The position numbers were made by a program, and so were the translations under genes. From Zygnema circumcarinatum SAG 698-1b (lineage: Eukaryota; Plantae; Zygnematophyceae), in the NCBI GenBank assembly GCA_037447605.1, contig CM074809.1, forward strand, positions 1,478,689-1,542,688: 64,000 nucleotides of DNA, given 5' to 3'. Positions 62,848 to 64,000 of the stretch are shown here, piece after piece (position 1 is the first letter of the stretch; each line of letters starts with the position of its first letter). The notes beneath the pieces are model-generated. The model did not search any database. It saw only the letters and a list, made by a program, of their open reading frames with translations, and had not been told where the DNA came from.

Positions 62848-64000
62848 ATGTCCACTCCGTCTTTTTCAATAGGTTATGGGCCCACTCATGCCTCAAATGC
62901 GCTTGAAAAATTTGATGGGACAAACTGGCACGACTGGAAGTTTCAGTGCCAGCAGCTTTTTGAGGAAGAGAATCTGTGGTCTGTCGTTACTGGTTCAGAG
63001 ACCTGTCCTTTGCCACTTTCCTCCACCGTCGACGCGGCCGCCTTGGCTGCACGCACGAAGGAGATCGCCGATTGGACAAAACGCGACAAGAAGGCGTTTG
63101 TCCGCATCACGCTCGGCATTCAACGCAGTTTAATCGGGCACATCCGTGACGCCACCTCCTCCCACGACGCTTGGACTCTCCTGACCAATGCGTACGAACC
63201 TCGGAAGTGGTCCCACAAGCTCCGCCTACGGCGTGCCTTCACTAACTGCGAAAAGGAATCTTCTGAAACCATGCTGACTTATACTGACCGCGTCAAATCG
63301 TTTGCTAGACGGCTTCGCAGCATTGATTGCATAGTTCATGATGATGAGATCATTTGTAATCTCTTGGGCGGCCTGCACGACTCTTTCCGGTCTTTCATCT
63401 CGTCCATTGATGCTGCCTCGATCTCACTAACCGTCGCTGATCTGACCGACCTTCTTTTGAACGAGGAGGAAAAAGATTCCACCCCCTCCAGATCCTCCCA
63501 CGCGTCCGCGCTCTTCGGCTCTGGTCCTCCACCGTCCAAATCTCCTGGCGGCCTTTTTTGTCGATATTGCAAGGAACAGACTCACGTAAAGGACAACTGT
63601 CCCGCTCTGGCCAAAAAGGAGGCGCGCCGACTTTTGCCGCGCCCGTCCGTACCTCCGCCCGCTGGCGCGGCAAATATCGCGGCGCCCTCCGATTTGGCCC
63701 CTGCGATTCGGTCCCCCGCTGAACCTGTCGTACAGCTTACGTGGCCACCCTCCCTCACGTTCCCTACCGCTCCCTTGGTCCCGCCGCCGCCGCCCGCCGT
63801 ACACCCCTCTCTTCACCCCGGCTTCCCCCCCCCGGCCGGCCCGCCTCCCACCCCGGGTGTCGTCTATGGTGCTCCCGAGTTCGGTCACGCCTTTCTGGCC
63901 GCGGACCCTTTTGGGTATGACCCTTCTCTCCCTGACTCCACTTGGCTTATTGACTCGGGTGCCTCCCATCATCTAACTTTTCGTCGTGACTGGTTCTCTC
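62848..64000 (+). CDS. Copia Gag-Pol polyprotein, N-terminal part (open to the window end; absent from the ORF track because it has no stop)
   Basis: MSTPSFSIGYGPTH...KFDGTNWHDWKFQCQQLFEEENLWSVVTGSETCP (copia Gag N-terminus); CCHC knuckle CRYCKEQTHVKDNC; protease WLIDSGASHH. About 384 codons with no stop. Confidence 0.93.
   Translation, partial: MSTPSFSIGYGPTHASNALEKFDGTNWHDWKFQCQQLFEEENLWSVVTGSETCPLPLSSTVDAAALAARTKEIADWTKRDKKAFVRITLGIQRSLIGHIRDATSSHDAWTLLTNAYEPRKWSHKLRLRRAFTNCEKESSETMLTYTDRVKSFARRLRSIDCIVHDDEIICNLLGGLHDSFRSFISSIDAASISLTVADLTDLLLNEEEKDSTPSRSSHASALFGSGPPPSKSPGGLFCRYCKEQTHVKDNCPALAKKEARRLLPRPSVPPPAGAANIAAPSDLAPAIRSPAEPVVQLTWPPSLTFPTAPLVPPPPPAVHPSLHPGFPPPAGPPPTPGVVYGAPEFGHAFLAADPFGYDPSLPDSTWLIDSGASHHLTFRRDWFS
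62872..62885 (+). promoter_or_regulatory. Primer-binding site complementary to the anticodon arm of initiator tRNA-Met (half-tRNA priming)
   Basis: GGTTATGGGCCCAC is the reverse complement of GUGGGCCCAUAACC in plant tRNA-iMet, and it abuts the LTR end. Confidence 0.85.

Larger units (their letters stand above)
62556..64000 (+). mobile_element. Ty1/copia LTR retrotransposon, 5' portion (truncated by the window end)
   Basis: 5' LTR about 62556-62871 (TGTTGA...TCAATA, TATATAAA at 62753), followed by a PBS and an uninterrupted gag-protease ORF. Candidate TSD GGAAG at 62551-62555. Confidence 0.93.

Noticed and set aside
1-64000. Prokaryotic-style defence system, operon or horizontally acquired gene cluster
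   Set aside because: All identifiable host genes are spliced eukaryotic genes of plant type; no intronless bacterial or viral-like block was seen apart from the copia element.

Overview
Eukaryotic, intron-rich nuclear DNA from the plant (streptophyte) lineage, most consistent with a charophyte-grade alga (inference from gene content, GT-AG introns and an LRR-EGF protein). No prokaryotic operon, CRISPR array, rRNA or tRNA was found. Genes reconstructed by hand from splice sites, in order: DUF89 damage-control phosphatase (-, partial), NOG1 GTPase (-), plastid-type Fe-SOD (+), an uncharacterised Pro/Ser-rich gene (+), a secreted LRR+EGF-like protein (-), eIF4A (-), a TST-like sugar transporter (-), mitochondrial PDH E1-alpha (+), a PRD3/PAIR1-like meiotic coiled-coil protein (+), UDP-glucuronate 4-epimerase (+), MIP2/NBAS (-), a GDSL esterase with an extra N-terminal domain (-), and the 5' part of a Ty1/copia element with a half-tRNA-iMet primer site. 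The most striking non-coding feature is a 430-bp hAT-type MITE (17-bp perfect TIRs, 8-bp TSD) ending 58 bp upstream of the Fe-SOD ATG. It carries ten GTAC cores, nine of them in a phased array; GTAC is the core of the SPL7/CRR1 copper-response element. Other notable items are a recurrent GCCACGTGGC/CCGTACGG/CATG promoter pattern, a hairpin-plus-(GA)n intronic array and a possible 4-nt microexon. Many long ORFs in the supplied track are microsatellite or GC-rich artefacts. Exon models were derived by eye and need RNA-seq confirmation.
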